48,892 nt of DNA from Promethearchaeota archaeon (GCA_048941015.1 JBHLNZ010000018.1:1-48892), one strand, 5' to 3'; counted from the first letter of the stretch, positions 8,618-19,294 are shown. A program made the numbers and translations. The notes: a model not told the origin generated them from the letters alone.

Positions 8618-11596
8618 TTAAGAAGAATTTAATAATTTTAACTTTTCAATAAGAGCATTTTTTAATTTAATAGTATTTATTTCTTTATTACTAATAAATC
8701 CTTGACCAAAATCTTTGCGTCCACCACCTTTCCCACCAAAATCTGCTACAATTTCCTTTATAAAATCTCCAATATTTAACTTGGATTTTTGTTTAGGTTC
8801 CTCTCCCTCCATTCCTAGAATCATTACCCCCTTTTTATTTTTATTTAAGAAAATTGTGATTAGATCTTTAGAATACTTCATTACTCTTATTGAGAAGTTT
8901 TTTAGGTCATCTTGAGAAAGGCCTTCGAAATTCTCAATAATTAGTTTGTAATTTTTATATTTCTGAGCATTATTGATGAGATCTTTTATATATTCATCAT
9001 TAAGAAGATTTTTCATCTGTTTAATTTTCCTTATTCCTTCATTCCATTCATCATAGAGTTTCTGAATTTTATTTGGAACATCTTCCTTTTTGATATTTAA
9101 AAATTGAGATACGTTTGAAAGAACATCAGCTTCAAACGTTTCAGAAGAAGTCAATTTTAGATCATTCTCATCTATTTTACCAGATTTTATTGCCTTATTT
9201 ATATTTTTCCACTTTTCAAATAATTCAGTAATTCTTCCAACGAGTAATCTACGATCCACACCTAAAATTCGCTTTAATTCAGTAAGGATTTTTTTATGCT
9301 TTTCCTTCAGTTTTTCTGTAGCTTCTCCTGCTACAAAAGTTAGTCTTACAATATCATCTTGTACTTTTTGAGACTTTGTAATATGTATATTTCCTGTTTC
9401 AGAGGTATTATTTAAATGAGTTCCTCCACAAGCCTCAACATCAACTCCAGGTATCTCCACAATCCTTAGATACTTTCCAGGAACTGCTCCACCTTGATAT
9501 ATCCTCATACCATATTTTTGCTCAGCCTCGGAACGAGGAATAAAACTAAGATTTAATTTTATTCCTTTTTTAACTATTTCATTAGCTTTTTTTTCGATTT
9601 CATACAATTTTTCTTTTGGAATTTGTTCGTAATGTGTTATATCTAAATGAGAGTTTTTCAACGTTTTTTTAGCACCTGCTTGATTCACATGATTTCCTAA
9701 AATTTCTCGAGCTGCTGCATTTACAATATGTGTAGCTGTATGATGCTGGGAAAGTTGCTTCCTCCAAGACTTATCAACTTCGACTATTACATTATCACCT
9801 TCTTTAAATTTTGGTTTCTCATTAAGAAAGTGAATGATATAGTTACCATGTTTTACAACATTATTGAATTTTTGATTATTAATTTTTCCTACATCGTGTA
9901 ATTGGCCACCAGAAGTTGGATAGGCAACAGTTTTATTCAAAATAACCATATTATCGATTATTTTAAGAACTTTAGCTTCATTTGAAGTTTTAGTATAATC
10001 ATAATAATATAATGCTTCTGTTTCTGGGATATCATCTAAATTTAAATTAAGTTCCGTATCTGTTGCATGAATCTGTTCTACTTTTTCATGTTTTTCAACT
10101 ACTAAGCTATAAAAATCATCAGGGATTTGAACTTTTACATTATAATTTTTTGCCATATTTTTTACCATATCAGGACTTATTCCGTTTGAATCATATAATT
10201 CTATCAAAGTCTCAGTAGAAATTTCTTTTTCTTTTTGCATTATTTTTTCAAGAATTTTCCCTGCTTTTTTCTTAGATTGATAATATTTTTCCCTTTCTAC
10301 ATTAAGAATCTCTTTCACATCATCTAGATGATCAGAAACTTCAGGAAAAAGATTTTTTAATTCTTCTGCATGCCAGCAACACACATCCGCTAAATCAATT
10401 TCCCACCTGAAATTATCAATAAAACTAATTGCACGCCGAAAGATTACTCTAAGATTATACCCTCCTCCAACATTAGAAGGCAACTTTCCATCATTAATGG
10501 CAAATAGTAAACTACGAGTATGTTCTGCAATTGAATAAATAGCAGTCATTGGGAGAATTTTTTCTCTTAATGTATCCACTTCAAGGTTTAATTCTTTAGC
10601 AACTCTCTCCCATGCAGCATTCATATCATCTACTTCATCCATATTTAGATAAGCAGAATAGAGAGAAAATCTTTTATATAGATCTAAATCTAAATCTATT
10701 TTCGTAATAGCTCTTAATTTAGATAAAACATAAGGGAAAATAGCTTCATACATATTCGGAGTACCCTGTGAGAACCAAGCAACCCTTTCTTGACCAAGCC
10801 CCATATCTAGCACTTTTAATTTGAGTTCACGAGGTCCATCTGGTGTTTGTTCAAACATAGTATAGACTTGGTTGAAAAGTTCAACACCTCTACTAAAAAA
10901 TTCGAGACTACATCCAAATGATCCACCACCTGCCCAGGAATCCTCATGAATTGTTATTTCTTCTTTTTCTAAACCCACTCCTTTATGAATGAAATCATGG
11001 ATATCCATAAACAATTCGCCTTGATTCCATTCTTCTGGAGGTACAAATGAATGTTGACCAATCATTACAAAGCCACAATTGTGTGATCCTGTCAATCCCA
11101 CATTTTCAATATCATTAAATCTTAAACAAAATTGAGGAATAATTAACTTTTTAGCAGGAGGCTCCATTTCTCCACTAATGACATAGGGTTGAAATGCTGA
11201 TATAGATGCTATTGTAAATTCTGACGTGGGGTTCCATCTAGCTACACACGGATATCTTTTTATTGGTTTATATCCTCGAGGTTCTAAAATTTCAACTATT
11301 TTTTCCCATACTCCTATAAATGAAAGTTTTATTTTTGCAGGATTATCTTTTATGACTTTAAATCCTCCAGAACAAATAGGATCTCCACAAACTGTTCTAT
11401 CTTTAAGTACTGTCCAGAAATACCTTCCACAACATTCACATTTTTTTCTGATATATCCTAGTTTTTTGAGTTCTTTAGTAGGAAAATAATTATCAGGCTT
11501 TTTTGAAGCAATGTCTTTAAAAATTTTTTTTAATTCCTTATCATTATGAGCTTTTTTAAGTTCATTTTGCTCTTTCGGAGTTAGCATCTTTTTCAA
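8618..11596 (-). CDS. alaS: Alanine--tRNA ligase (archaeal type)
   Basis: CxxC-x2-FWT N-terminal Zn motif, ARW, ASIS.FQP, DMGLG.ER, AEH.R, GGGYNLR, editing HxxxH and ACGGTH, C-terminal GGKGGG DHHA1. Confidence 0.96.
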   Translation of the reverse strand: MKKMLTPKEQNELKKAHNDKELKKIFKDIASKKPDNYFPTKELKKLGYIRKKCECCGRYFWTVLKDRTVCGDPICSGGFKVIKDNPAKIKLSFIGVWEKIVEILEPRGYKPIKRYPCVARWNPTSEFTIASISAFQPYVISGEMEPPAKKLIIPQFCLRFNDIENVGLTGSHNCGFVMIGQHSFVPPEEWNQGELFMDIHDFIHKGVGLEKEEITIHEDSWAGGGSFGCSLEFFSRGVELFNQVYTMFEQTPDGPRELKLKVLDMGLGQERVAWFSQGTPNMYEAIFPYVLSKLRAITKIDLDLDLYKRFSLYSAYLNMDEVDDMNAAWERVAKELNLEVDTLREKILPMTAIYSIAEHTRSLLFAINDGKLPSNVGGGYNLRVIFRRAISFIDNFRWEIDLADVCCWHAEELKNLFPEVSDHLDDVKEILNVEREKYYQSKKKAGKILEKIMQKEKEISTETLIELYDSNGISPDMVKNMAKNYNVKVQIPDDFYSLVVEKHEKVEQIHATDTELNLNLDDIPETEALYYYDYTKTSNEAKVLKIIDNMVILNKTVAYPTSGGQLHDVGKINNQKFNNVVKHGNYIIHFLNEKPKFKEGDNVIVEVDKSWRKQLSQHHTATHIVNAAAREILGNHVNQAGAKKTLKNSHLDITHYEQIPKEKLYEIEKKANEIVKKGIKLNLSFIPRSEAEQKYGMRIYQGGAVPGKYLRIVEIPGVDVEACGGTHLNNTSETGNIHITKSQKVQDDIVRLTFVAGEATEKLKEKHKKILTELKRILGVDRRLLVGRITELFEKWKNINKAIKSGKIDENDLKLTSSETFEADVLSNVSQFLNIKKEDVPNKIQKLYDEWNEGIRKIKQMKNLLNDEYIKDLINNAQKYKNYKLIIENFEGLSQDDLKNFSIRVMKYSKDLITIFLNKNKKGVMILGMEGEEPKQKSKLNIGDFIKEIVADFGGKGGGRKDFGQGFISNKEINTIKLKNALIEKLKLLNSS

Positions 11597-11775
11597 TATT
11601 TTGAAATCATCGATTTAATTGTATTAATGAATATTAAAGTAAATGATCTCCTAAAATCTTTATTCTTAATAGATAAATTCTAGTTTTAAATCAATACTTT
11701 TAAATAAACTTCTTGTTATTATAAAACATAATATCCTTAAAAATTAAATTAGCAGAAGATTAAGTGGTTAATTAA

Positions 11776-12165
11776 ATGACATTCCCCTATTCTGATCCAT
11801 TTAATTTCATGTTTATGATAATACCAATTATAAGTTTTGCTAGTTGCTGCTGTTCGATATTATTAGCAGTTTGGGTATACAAGGATGCCCAAAAAAGAGG
11901 AATGGATGCTACTGTCTGGTTATTAGTTGTTTTAGTCGTAGGTTGTATTGGTTGTATCATTTATTTAATAGTTAGGCATCCAATCGGTGGTGAAGTGAGC
12001 GAAAGACCTTCATATCAACCCCAACCTTCATATCAACCACAGCAAATTTCCACACCTTCATATGAACCTGAAAAGGTTTCAGAAGCAACTAAATATTGTA
12101 GTAATTGTGGGGAAAAAATACCATACGATGCAAGTTATTGTCCTATTTGTGGTTCAAAACAATGA
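11776..12165 (+). CDS. Small membrane protein: two TM helices, P/Q-rich linker, C-terminal zinc ribbon
   Basis: WVYKDA..RGM...W (PLDc_N-like hairpin), YCSNCG...YCPICG. Confidence 0.8.
   Translation: MTFPYSDPFNFMFMIIPIISFASCCCSILLAVWVYKDAQKRGMDATVWLLVVLVVGCIGCIIYLIVRHPIGGEVSERPSYQPQPSYQPQQISTPSYEPEKVSEATKYCSNCGEKIPYDASYCPICGSKQ
12007..12069 (+). repeat. 18-bp coding tandem repeat (PSYQPQ x2 plus degenerate PSYEPE)
   Basis: ccttcatatcaaccccaa / ccttcatatcaaccacag / ccttcatatgaacct. Confidence 0.75.
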
Positions 12166-12198
12166 TATAAAAAGGACTTTTTTATACTAATTTTTTCA

Positions 12199-12648
12199 TT
12201 ACATATTAAGACTTTGATGCCTTGAATAGCCTCTTTTTATGAAATCATAATCAAGTAATTCAATTTTTTCAGGTATAATCTTTAAAATTAAATCTCTCCT
12301 CCCACGTACAATTGTTTGAGCCTTTTTAAACTCTTGATCACCTTTTTTTAGAAAGATTAATCTTTCTTTTCCTGTTGCTGTTATTTGCATGCCTTGAATT
12401 TTTCCTGTATCCATTGGTGTATATATACCAATACTAACTATAGGATTTTCTTCAATATTTTTAATTTTTCTTCCAGGTGCCAGTCCGACATAAATATTAA
12501 AATTATCTTGCGATTTATCCATGTAAAAATCCATAGGAGTTGCGCGAGGAATGTTATTTGAACAGGTACAGAGTACTAATACTTTTCGAACGTTTAAGAA
12601 CTCGCGAATTTCTTTCTTAATCTTTTTTTCCGTCATCTTATTGTCCAT
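12199..12648 (-). CDS. Pyridoxamine 5'-phosphate oxidase-like split-barrel protein
   Basis: L.T...N.P...P, K..NI..NP.VS motifs. Confidence 0.85.
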   Translation of the reverse strand: MDNKMTEKKIKKEIREFLNVRKVLVLCTCSNNIPRATPMDFYMDKSQDNFNIYVGLAPGRKIKNIEENPIVSIGIYTPMDTGKIQGMQITATGKERLIFLKKGDQEFKKAQTIVRGRRDLILKIIPEKIELLDYDFIKRGYSRHQSLNM

Positions 12649-12729
12649 ATTAAAAAACCTTATTATTTAGTATTAATCAGAAATGTTTGAAAACTATAAG
12701 ACTTAAAGAATTAATACTAGAAATTTCTA

Positions 12730-13872
12730 TTATAATCTTTTCAAATTTGGTGTTGGAAATTCTGAATCATTTACTGCGGCTTTTACATATGGAGAAATAG
12801 GGCCTCTTCCAAGTGCCATTATCCGTATTTTAGAACCAAGAGAAGGATCTAAAGCAGTTCCAAATTTTAGGGATGCTTTTCCTGGAATCTCATTTGTAAT
12901 TGTTGATATTATCTTATCTACTTTAGATAAAGAAAGCTGGTGATCCCCAGCTACAGATACAATACATCTATCGACTTTCTTAGGATCTGGTTCTAAAAGA
13001 GGATTATTTAAAGCCAGTTTTGCCTTCTTAATGAGATCTGACTCTTCTCCAAGAGATTCTGTAATACCAATTAGTCCAGAAGGACAGTTTCCTTTCTTTT
13101 CAAGAACTCTTTTTACATCTGCATAATCAATATTAATTAAACCACAATTATCTATCAGATTTAGAATCTCTCTGATACATCTTATTAAAACCTCATCCAT
13201 TATTTTAAATCCTGTAAGAATAGGTAAATCTTGATTGAATCTTAGGAGGTTATCATTAGGGATAGGTATTAGTGTATCAGAATAACTGGCAAGTTCTTTC
13301 AAGCCCTTTTTAGCCCTGATTCTTCTCTCCTTTCCTTCAGATAAAAAAGGTATAGAACAAAATGATACCACCATAGCATTATTTTTTTTAGCTTCTCTTG
13401 CAATAACGGGTGCAGCACCAGTTCCGGTACCCCCTCCTAGCCCAAAAGTAATGAATACTACATCAGCGTGTAGCGCTTCAGATATCCTTTCAATGTCCTC
13501 TTCTGCAGCAGTCGCACCTATGATAGGATCATTACCTGAGCCTAATCCATTACATGTGTCTTTTCCAATAAGTAACTTTTGCTTAGCGTTAGAATAATAT
13601 AAATCGTGAGCATCTGTATTAATGTTTAAACTATCAACATCAATTGTTCCTATATCTTGCATTCTAGATATCGTATTATTGCCTGCTCCTCCAACCCCTA
13701 CGACTAATGATTTTACTTTTAAAACTTTTAATAGATTTGATAAATATGCATCACTATCTAAATTAACTGATTTATTTGTGCTCTGATTTTGACGGGCAAT
13801 TTCATTAAATCTTGTTCTTAGAGATGATCTTGACTTTGCTAATTCAATTAAATCAAAATCTTTATCGCTCAT
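12730..13872 (-). CDS. ftsZ: Cell division protein FtsZ
   Basis: VGVGGAGNN, NTD, GLGSG..P..G..AA, GLGGGTGTGAAP, PF..EG..R, N..L, GLINIDYAD (T7 loop). Confidence 0.93.
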   Translation of the reverse strand: MSDKDFDLIELAKSRSSLRTRFNEIARQNQSTNKSVNLDSDAYLSNLLKVLKVKSLVVGVGGAGNNTISRMQDIGTIDVDSLNINTDAHDLYYSNAKQKLLIGKDTCNGLGSGNDPIIGATAAEEDIERISEALHADVVFITFGLGGGTGTGAAPVIAREAKKNNAMVVSFCSIPFLSEGKERRIRAKKGLKELASYSDTLIPIPNDNLLRFNQDLPILTGFKIMDEVLIRCIREILNLIDNCGLINIDYADVKRVLEKKGNCPSGLIGITESLGEESDLIKKAKLALNNPLLEPDPKKVDRCIVSVAGDHQLSLSKVDKIISTITNEIPGKASLKFGTALDPSLGSKIRIMALGRGPISPYVKAAVNDSEFPTPNLKRL

Positions 13873-14134
13873 GAATTAAATCAACAGGGATAGTTAAATT
13901 AATTATAATATGAGTATTATATCCGAATAATATAAGATAGTAATATGCTTGTAATATCTTCCTTAGGGTAAAAAGATACAAGTAAAAGCAATTTAGTTTC
14001 CCCTTGCTTATGTTATTAACTTAGGAAACATTTGCTATTTAAGCTTGAGAAAAATTGAGAATTAAATCTTCCTTCAAATAGAATCTTATTTCTATATTTA
14101 AATAAATTTATAAGAATGTATTTTCACTATTACT

Positions 14135-14395
14135 ATGAACGGGGTTGACTATATGGAGATTGAATATAACAAGGAGAATAGCGGACAGGCTCTAAGAAAT
14201 TCAGAATTGGAAAGTAATAAGATAAATGTCAGAGCAGTTATAAGTTGCCCCACCTGTGGCTACATAAAGAAATTTAAAAACCAATTCGCTCGAAAAGAAT
14301 TAGAATTAATGGTTGTTGCAGTAAAAGTATTCGATTGGATGGTTTGCTCTACTTGTGGAGAACTTTTAAAACTCGATTTAGAATTTAATATTTAA
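14135..14395 (+). CDS. Small Zn-binding hypothetical protein
   Basis: CPTCG...CSTCG pair; divergent from ftsZ. Confidence 0.7.
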   Translation: MNGVDYMEIEYNKENSGQALRNSELESNKINVRAVISCPTCGYIKKFKNQFARKELELMVVAVKVFDWMVCSTCGELLKLDLEFNI

Positions 14396-14433
14396 ATAAT
14401 TAATTACAATTTTTAGATTATATACTCACTAGT

Positions 14434-15744
14434 TTATATTTCAAATTTGATCTGACCGTATATACCTCCTCCTCCAGGTGTGTATTTTATTTCATCATTT
14501 CTTATTGCTTTAATTATTGAAGCAATATTTTCATCGAAATTACTTATCAAATCAATTGGTTTTTCAATTAAGATATTATATTCAGTTCCCAGCTGATGAA
14601 TAATTTTATCATAATATCCTAAAACAGTTTTACTATTTGTGCTTTTAATGTTTTTAACAGCGCGAATTATATCTATCAATGGTACTGCATTAATATATGG
14701 CGGTCTATGTTCTGGATGTATAGATTCTTTCGATGATGATATAACTCTTATTCTTTCACTCACGCCTAATTTAATTTTAAAACTTTTATTTAATTTTTCT
14801 TTACAAGCTGGGCAGATGCTTTTTTCTTTTGAAACCATATTGATGAATTCATTCTTGGCTTTTAGTGGCTCCTCGGAAAAATATATAATAAAATTATCTG
14901 TAATAGAATATTGATTAAATACTGTATTTGTTGATTTTGTTGATTTTTTAAATAAGATTCTTCTTCTACATTTATTACAAAACATATTATAATATTTACC
15001 AAGTTTAGGATGAAGTCCTACATTTAAGACAATGCGTCGAGAATCTTTCCTTCTAATAGCTAGTAAAATTTCTTCAAAAGAACCATTTTCTATTTGCATT
15101 TTATTAAATTCTCGACCTAGAGATCTAGGATCTTGAGAATGAGCATCACTATTACTTAAAAAACTTATATCTCTTAGATCAAACAATTTATCTGCGAGAT
15201 CAGTATTAGCAGATAAACCTAATTCTAAAAAATATACGTTTTTTGAAGCATCCTGATAACATTCTTTTAAGTTCTTATATTTATTTTGACGAAAAATAGC
15301 CTTAAAAGGAGTGAAAGCATGGGCGGGACCAATTAATCCTCCTAAATTTGTAATTTTATCCACTAATTCAGGTGCAGTCAAATTAACTCTAGGTCTTCCT
15401 CCCCACTCATCTAAAATATTCTTAGAGTGCAATTTTAATTGAATTTGGGCTTCCATAACCGATTTAAAATCAGGAAAAAATACTAGATGATGAATACTCT
15501 CTGAATCTTCTATTTCAGTTTGTAAAATGAAGGAAATATTCTTATACAGAAATGTCCCGTCATTAGCTTTATTAAGATTATTTTGCATATACTTTAACCA
15601 ATCTGGTTGAAGAATATCTCCTGTGGCTAAAATATCTAAACCTTTCTTCTTACAAGTATCAACCATCGTGTCTAAATTCAAAGATTTAGATACTGCAATT
15701 GAGTGAGGTGAGTGAATATGTAAATCACAATTAAAAATGTCCAT
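14434..15744 (-). CDS. Endonuclease Q family protein (PHP domain, TIGR00375-like)
   Basis: DLHIHS..S, GPAHAFTP, ELGLSA, SNSDAHS, LGREFN, P.LGKY, CxxC..CxxC, GV.ERI, H..HRPPY, PGGGG.YG. Confidence 0.88.
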   Translation of the reverse strand: MDIFNCDLHIHSPHSIAVSKSLNLDTMVDTCKKKGLDILATGDILQPDWLKYMQNNLNKANDGTFLYKNISFILQTEIEDSESIHHLVFFPDFKSVMEAQIQLKLHSKNILDEWGGRPRVNLTAPELVDKITNLGGLIGPAHAFTPFKAIFRQNKYKNLKECYQDASKNVYFLELGLSANTDLADKLFDLRDISFLSNSDAHSQDPRSLGREFNKMQIENGSFEEILLAIRRKDSRRIVLNVGLHPKLGKYYNMFCNKCRRRILFKKSTKSTNTVFNQYSITDNFIIYFSEEPLKAKNEFINMVSKEKSICPACKEKLNKSFKIKLGVSERIRVISSSKESIHPEHRPPYINAVPLIDIIRAVKNIKSTNSKTVLGYYDKIIHQLGTEYNILIEKPIDLISNFDENIASIIKAIRNDEIKYTPGGGGIYGQIKFEI

Positions 15745-15819
15745 TAGTTTTAAAAAATCTTGATTTAATATAAAGGTTAATTAGCTTCTACTATCTTGTA
15801 TTTAGTTTTAGAGCAAATT

Positions 15820-16869
15820 TTATCTTTTTTTACGAATTTGGGTTGCTTTTTCGAAATTTCCTAACTTTTCATAACAATTTGAAAGCAGTTGAATTGATTC
15901 TAAATCATAAGGGTCAAGATCTAGTGCATTTTCAAAAAATCTAATTGCTTCTTTATAATCTTGCTTTACTTTATAAATTAAATTTCCCAACTTTTTTAAT
16001 ACAGAAATATAGTTAGGGTTAATATTAAGTGCTTTATGGTAATATTTTATTGCATTGTCATAATCCTTTAAAGCATTATAGCTAAATCCCAAATTTTCAT
16101 AAAGTGTGGCATCATTGGGTTCGATTTCAAGTGCAGATTTATAACATTCTATTGATTCTAAGTATTGTTCATTAAAGGTGTAGGATAATCCTAAATCATT
16201 CCAAGCATCAATTAAATAAGGATCTAGTTCTACTGCTTTTCGATAATATTCAATTGCATTGACAAAATCATTAAGTTCATAATAAATGTCTCCCATATCA
16301 CACCAAAAATCTGCATTTTGAGGATCTAATTCAATTGCTTTTTTATAATAATATATTGCTTTCTCATAATTTTTCTTATCAAAATATATGATAGCTATAT
16401 TGTTAAAAAGAAATGGATCATCAGGATTAATTTTTAGAGCTCTTTCATAGAAATTTATTGCTAAATCATATTTTTTTTTATCTCTATAAATTAAAGCGAT
16501 GTTATTTAATACATCGGTATAGCTGGGCTCTAATTCTAAAGCTTTCATATAATATGCAATCGCATCATCAAAACTTTCTAAATCCTCAAATAATGATCCT
16601 AAATTATAATAAATATTAGCATCTTCGGGATCTAATTCTATAGCTTTTAAATAACATTCTTTTGCATTCTTAAGTTTTCCTATCATTGAGTAGGCAAGTC
16701 CTAAATTATTATAAACCTCGGAAAAATAGGGACTAATCATTAAAGATTTTTTATAGCATTCTATTGCCTTATGAAAGTCTCCTTCGTCGTAATATGCATC
16801 GCCTAAATTAATCCAGGCATCAATATCATCTGGGTCTAGTTCAACAGATTTCTTATAGCGATCAATCAT
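15820..16869 (-). CDS. Tetratricopeptide repeat protein (about 10 TPRs)
   Basis: Regular 34-aa units 'W.NLG..Y...G.Y..A..CY.KAIELDP'. Confidence 0.95.
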   Translation of the reverse strand: MIDRYKKSVELDPDDIDAWINLGDAYYDEGDFHKAIECYKKSLMISPYFSEVYNNLGLAYSMIGKLKNAKECYLKAIELDPEDANIYYNLGSLFEDLESFDDAIAYYMKALELEPSYTDVLNNIALIYRDKKKYDLAINFYERALKINPDDPFLFNNIAIIYFDKKNYEKAIYYYKKAIELDPQNADFWCDMGDIYYELNDFVNAIEYYRKAVELDPYLIDAWNDLGLSYTFNEQYLESIECYKSALEIEPNDATLYENLGFSYNALKDYDNAIKYYHKALNINPNYISVLKKLGNLIYKVKQDYKEAIRFFENALDLDPYDLESIQLLSNCYEKLGNFEKATQIRKKR

Positions 16870-16934
16870 GTTTTTGTCTATACAATTTTATTTTTTTTAA
16901 TGTACTATAACTATTATTTTTTTAGAAATATATT

Positions 16935-17975
16935 TTAGTTTAAAATTAGCATTTTATCTTTAACTTGATCACTAAGTAATATTCTATAATAGTTTGCTTG
17001 ATTGCGATAGCTTACTTTTTCTAATTTGCCTTCAACTAAAACAAGCTCATCATCTTTAGCTTGCTCACAAAATCTACCTCTAAAGGAATTTATTTCTGTT
17101 ATTTCTCTTATATTAAAATTTTTAAATGTTAAATCGCTTTCTAATAACGTTAAAGGTTCGATTTTGTAAGAACAAGGAGTGAAAATAGAATTACTCGAAT
17201 TAGTTATCTTAGCCTTAATTTTTACCCTTCCTAGATTCTTAAATTGATAATCATAATAAGAACCCTTCCAATCTCTCGGGCTTTTAATATATCTAATAAA
17301 AAAATCTGTATTTAGAAATTTACCTTGATGAAGTTTTCGCTGTTCGCTTTTAAAAAAATCTTCATATTTGATATCTGAACCTCCTACTCTCCAAAGATAA
17401 TGAGAGTGATATTCATTTATATCATATCTTCTGCAAATATTCGATTGTTCTAAAATCTCCTCTAAACTAGTTTGAAAATTCAAACTTGTTTTAGTTCCAT
17501 ATATTATAATATCAATATCTGAATTTATTTTATTTAAGCCAATCATAAGAGAACCTGAAATACCAATTGATTCTTTAGGTATCTTTCCTTTATCTATAAA
17601 TAATTCACATAATTCTTTTGATTCTTTTTCGATATTATTTAAGTTATTTTTTATTTGTAAATTTTTTAAACAATCTCTTGGATGATAAATAATCTTAATA
17701 TCTTTAAGTTCTACTCCTTGAAGTTCTAAATCAAATTGATTTGAATAAAATAAATATTGAGGAAATTTCTCCTTTAAAAGTGAATATCTCTCATTGAAAG
17801 CATAAACCTTTTTATAAGAGAGATTATCTTTTATTCTATCTCCAGTTTTATCGGGATAGAATCTTATAAAACAAATTTTTCGATCTTTTGGATGATGGTA
17901 ACCTTTTACATCAAAAAATAAGTGATTTTCTTTCGTTTCTACGTAATCTCCTTCAATACCTAAAGGAATTTTCAT
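16935..17975 (-). CDS. Predicted nucleotidyltransferase (archaeal pol-beta-like family)
   Basis: GISGS...G....SDIDIIIYG motif; N-terminal F.VKGY.HP, C-terminal OB-like V.GKLE. Confidence 0.75.
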   Translation of the reverse strand: MKIPLGIEGDYVETKENHLFFDVKGYHHPKDRKICFIRFYPDKTGDRIKDNLSYKKVYAFNERYSLLKEKFPQYLFYSNQFDLELQGVELKDIKIIYHPRDCLKNLQIKNNLNNIEKESKELCELFIDKGKIPKESIGISGSLMIGLNKINSDIDIIIYGTKTSLNFQTSLEEILEQSNICRRYDINEYHSHYLWRVGGSDIKYEDFFKSEQRKLHQGKFLNTDFFIRYIKSPRDWKGSYYDYQFKNLGRVKIKAKITNSSNSIFTPCSYKIEPLTLLESDLTFKNFNIREITEINSFRGRFCEQAKDDELVLVEGKLEKVSYRNQANYYRILLSDQVKDKMLILN

Positions 17976-17995
17976 GAGTCTCCCATAAATTATAA

Positions 17996-19099
17996 TTAAT
18001 ATTTTGAAGGAGTTTTTGTTTTTATTTTATGTTTTGGTATTTCTTTAACTTTCCGTAATTCTTTCTCAAAATTTCTTTTTTCGCTAAGAAACCTTTCTTG
18101 ATCCCTTTCTAACTTCTCGCGTTCTCTCCTTATTACATTCTTTTCATTATCTATAAGTAATTTTTCTTTATCTAATTGTTTATAGTTATCATTAAGTTTT
18201 TTTAGTTTACTCTCTAAATCATTAATGTTGCGCTCTAAAGAATAATAAGTATCTTCCGCTTTAGGAATTTTTTTATTTAACTCTTTTAATCTTGCTTCTT
18301 GTTGTTTTTTTTTATTCTCCAAACTTTTTACATCATTTTCTACCTTATCTCTTAACTTTTCCAATTCAGATTTTTTTTTATCAATTTCACGAGCCTTAAG
18401 CTTTAAATCTTTTTTCTTATATCGTGATTTTTCTCGCTCTTCTTTTAATTTTCTTTTCTCATCTTCAATTCGATTCTTTTCATCATAAATTTCTCTTTTT
18501 AGATCATTAATTTCTTTTTTTATACTATCTCTTTCATTAGAGAGGCTTTTAATTTGATTTCTTAAGTCCATTAATTCATTTTCTAATTTTTCAATGGTTC
18601 TTTGTAAGGCATCTTCCCTTCTTTCCATACCTGGTATTTTAGATTTGATTTCTTTTATACGATCTTCCGCGTTATCTCTTTCTCTATGTAAATCTCTCTT
18701 TTCTTTTTCCAAATCGTCTTTTAACTTGTCTAATTTCGCTTGATAATTATTTAATTCAGCATTTTTTTGATCTAGTTCTCTTTCTTTTAATCGTAGTGCA
18801 TTTTGATTTTGCTTTTTTTCATTACTCATTCGTTGTAGGTCGCTTTGTAATTTTTCTCGTTGATTCAAAAGATCTTTAACTTCAAGTTCTTTCTCTTTTC
18901 TTTTTTTTTCAAGATCCTTTATATTGTCTTTATAACCCTCAAGCTTTTCAATTAACTTTTCCCATTCAATTGTTTCTTTCTTTAATTTAACCCTTTCTTC
19001 CTTAATTTGTTTGAGTAATTTTGCATCTGGAATTATATCTAATTCTTCTTCCGGAGTTTTTTCTCGAATTTGATATTTCGGTATTTTATTATCTTTCAT
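17996..19099 (-). CDS. Long coiled-coil protein with internal duplication
   Basis: About 320 aa of K/E/R/L heptads, short Pro-containing head and tail. Confidence 0.8.
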   Translation of the reverse strand: MKDNKIPKYQIREKTPEEELDIIPDAKLLKQIKEERVKLKKETIEWEKLIEKLEGYKDNIKDLEKKRKEKELEVKDLLNQREKLQSDLQRMSNEKKQNQNALRLKERELDQKNAELNNYQAKLDKLKDDLEKEKRDLHRERDNAEDRIKEIKSKIPGMERREDALQRTIEKLENELMDLRNQIKSLSNERDSIKKEINDLKREIYDEKNRIEDEKRKLKEEREKSRYKKKDLKLKAREIDKKKSELEKLRDKVENDVKSLENKKKQQEARLKELNKKIPKAEDTYYSLERNINDLESKLKKLNDNYKQLDKEKLLIDNEKNVIRREREKLERDQERFLSEKRNFEKELRKVKEIPKHKIKTKTPSKY

Positions 19100-19294
19100 A
19101 TTATCATGATGGCCTTTTCTTCTTAATAAAATAAATGTGTAATAATTCTAAAGTTTTAGTACCATAAAAGCAAAAATATAATTTAATCAATATCCTAATT
19201 TCATTTATATAATAAGACAATCATTATTTATATACAATATAATAAGAAGAAAATTCAAAATAATTTTAATCATCCGTATGAAGGTGGTAAATCT

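Noticed and set aside
12166-12190. TATAAAAAG-GA-CTTTTTTATA imperfect hairpin between convergent genes
   Set aside because: Could be a bidirectional terminator, but it is nearly all A/T and imperfect, so not supportable.
12730-13872. Tubulin/CetZ assignment
   Set aside because: GGAGNN, GGGTGTG and NIDYAD motifs are FtsZ-type.
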